Shown in pieces: positions 23,422-24,000 of a stretch of 24,000 nt of DNA. Position 1 is the stretch's first letter. Every line of letters begins with the position of its first letter. Made by a program: the position numbers and the translations under genes. The notes beneath the pieces are model-generated. The model saw nothing but the letters and a program-made list of their open reading frames with translations, did not search any database and was not told where the DNA came from. The stretch lies in assembly GCF_002157735.2 (NCBI RefSeq), contig NZ_AP018689.1, positions 1,249,619-1,273,618 on the forward strand, given 5' to 3'. This stretch comes from Vibrio aphrogenes (GTDB taxonomy: Bacteria; Pseudomonadota; Gammaproteobacteria; Enterobacterales; Vibrionaceae).

Positions 23422-24000
23422 ATGCAACGTCACAATTTAAAGCCAACCTTATTGGCATTTAGTATTGCAATTACTTTAGCCCCTACCACTCAAGCCGCAC
23501 AGGAGCTAACCGCTTTACAAGAAGTCGTGGTATCGGCAACGCGTACTGAGCAAGAAGTCAAAGATGTTTCGTCTTCTGTTGCGTCGGTTTCTGCACAGTC
23601 AATGGAATCTCAAATTGCTTCTGATCCTCAACAAGCTCTGAAGTATACACCTGGTGTCGAGGTACAAGGTCAAGGACGTTTTGGGATTTCAGATTATAAC
23701 ATCCGTGGTACTGATGGGGATAAAATCAAGGTTATGGTGGATGGGGTTGAACAACCAACACCTTATAATCCAGGTGCGACCGAACAACGCCATTACCCAG
23801 GTACCATTGAAGTCGATACTCTCACCGCTATTGAAGTGAATAAAGGCCCCTCTTCTACGCTTTACGGCTCAGATGCTTTAGGTGGTGCCGTGTTGTTTAA
23901 AACCAAAGATCCTGATGATGTTTTGGTGACCGAGGGTAATGAAAATCGCTTCGGTATCAAGTCTAGTTATACTTCTGCAGATGAAACCTTTAAAAACACC
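23422..24000 (+). CDS. TonB-dependent outer-membrane receptor (siderophore/haem type), N-terminal 193 codons; continues beyond the window
   Basis: It is not in the ORF track because it has no stop in the window. My translation starts MQRHNLKPTLLAFSIAITLAPTTQAAQELTALQEVVVSATRTEQ, a signal peptide plus TonB box. It continues ...YTPGVEVQGQGRFGISDYNIRGTDGDKIKVMVDGV...NKGPSSTLYGSDALGGAVLFKTKDP, the plug domain. Confidence 0.88.
   Translation, partial: MQRHNLKPTLLAFSIAITLAPTTQAAQELTALQEVVVSATRTEQEVKDVSSSVASVSAQSMESQIASDPQQALKYTPGVEVQGQGRFGISDYNIRGTDGDKIKVMVDGVEQPTPYNPGATEQRHYPGTIEVDTLTAIEVNKGPSSTLYGSDALGGAVLFKTKDPDDVLVTEGNENRFGIKSSYTSADETFKNT

Noticed and set aside
10782-23839. Remaining short track ORFs (10782..11102, 11980..12171, 14351..14575, 14642..14896, 14924..15109, 16633..16815, 18120..18305, 19834..20049, 20065..20283, 21132..21320, 22902..23084, 23654..23839)
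   Set aside because: Each is antisense to or out of frame with a strongly supported gene. For example, 23654..23839 is in a different frame from the TonB-dependent receptor that starts at 23422.

Overview
The window looks like chromosomal backbone of an AT-rich gammaproteobacterium (roughly 40% GC by eye, not computed), most consistent with Vibrionaceae (Vibrio, Aliivibrio or Photobacterium-like). The left half reproduces the E. coli 21-min gene order as I recall it. It runs (NAD-GDH)-pyrD-zapC-rlmL-(small glutaredoxin-like gene)-uup-(secreted repeat protein)-rmf-fabA-ycbZ/Lon-like-matP. The right half carries a monoheme cytochrome c and a co-directional yciH-MATE-cystatin-like lipoprotein cluster. 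Next come a lone Cre-family tyrosine recombinase homologue, ddl, a SPOR-domain lipoprotein, the Pat/YfiQ protein acetyltransferase and a LysR regulator. It ends with the 5' part of a Fur-box-preceded TonB-dependent receptor. I found no rRNA, tRNA, CRISPR array, IS element or prophage genes. rmf (57 codons) and the open-ended TonB receptor are missing from the ORF track and were added by reading the sequence. Several track ORFs carry spurious N-terminal extensions. No clear multi-gene novel system is evident. The observations most worth a second look are these. (1) An orphan Cre-like recombinase has Gln in place of the HxxR His. It sits next to a dyad-rich intergenic region containing a loxP-like 13-mer. 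(2) A stefin/cystatin-like protein is fused to a lipoprotein signal and packed behind yciH and a MATE pump. (3) Two unusually long ORF-free regions (2621-3217 and 13577-14166) contain strong hairpins, short tandem repeats and SD-plus-mini-ORF patterns. (4) A terminator-like hairpin lies inside the only space available for the pyrD promoter and leader. All family assignments come from by-eye comparison with remembered sequences, not from searches.
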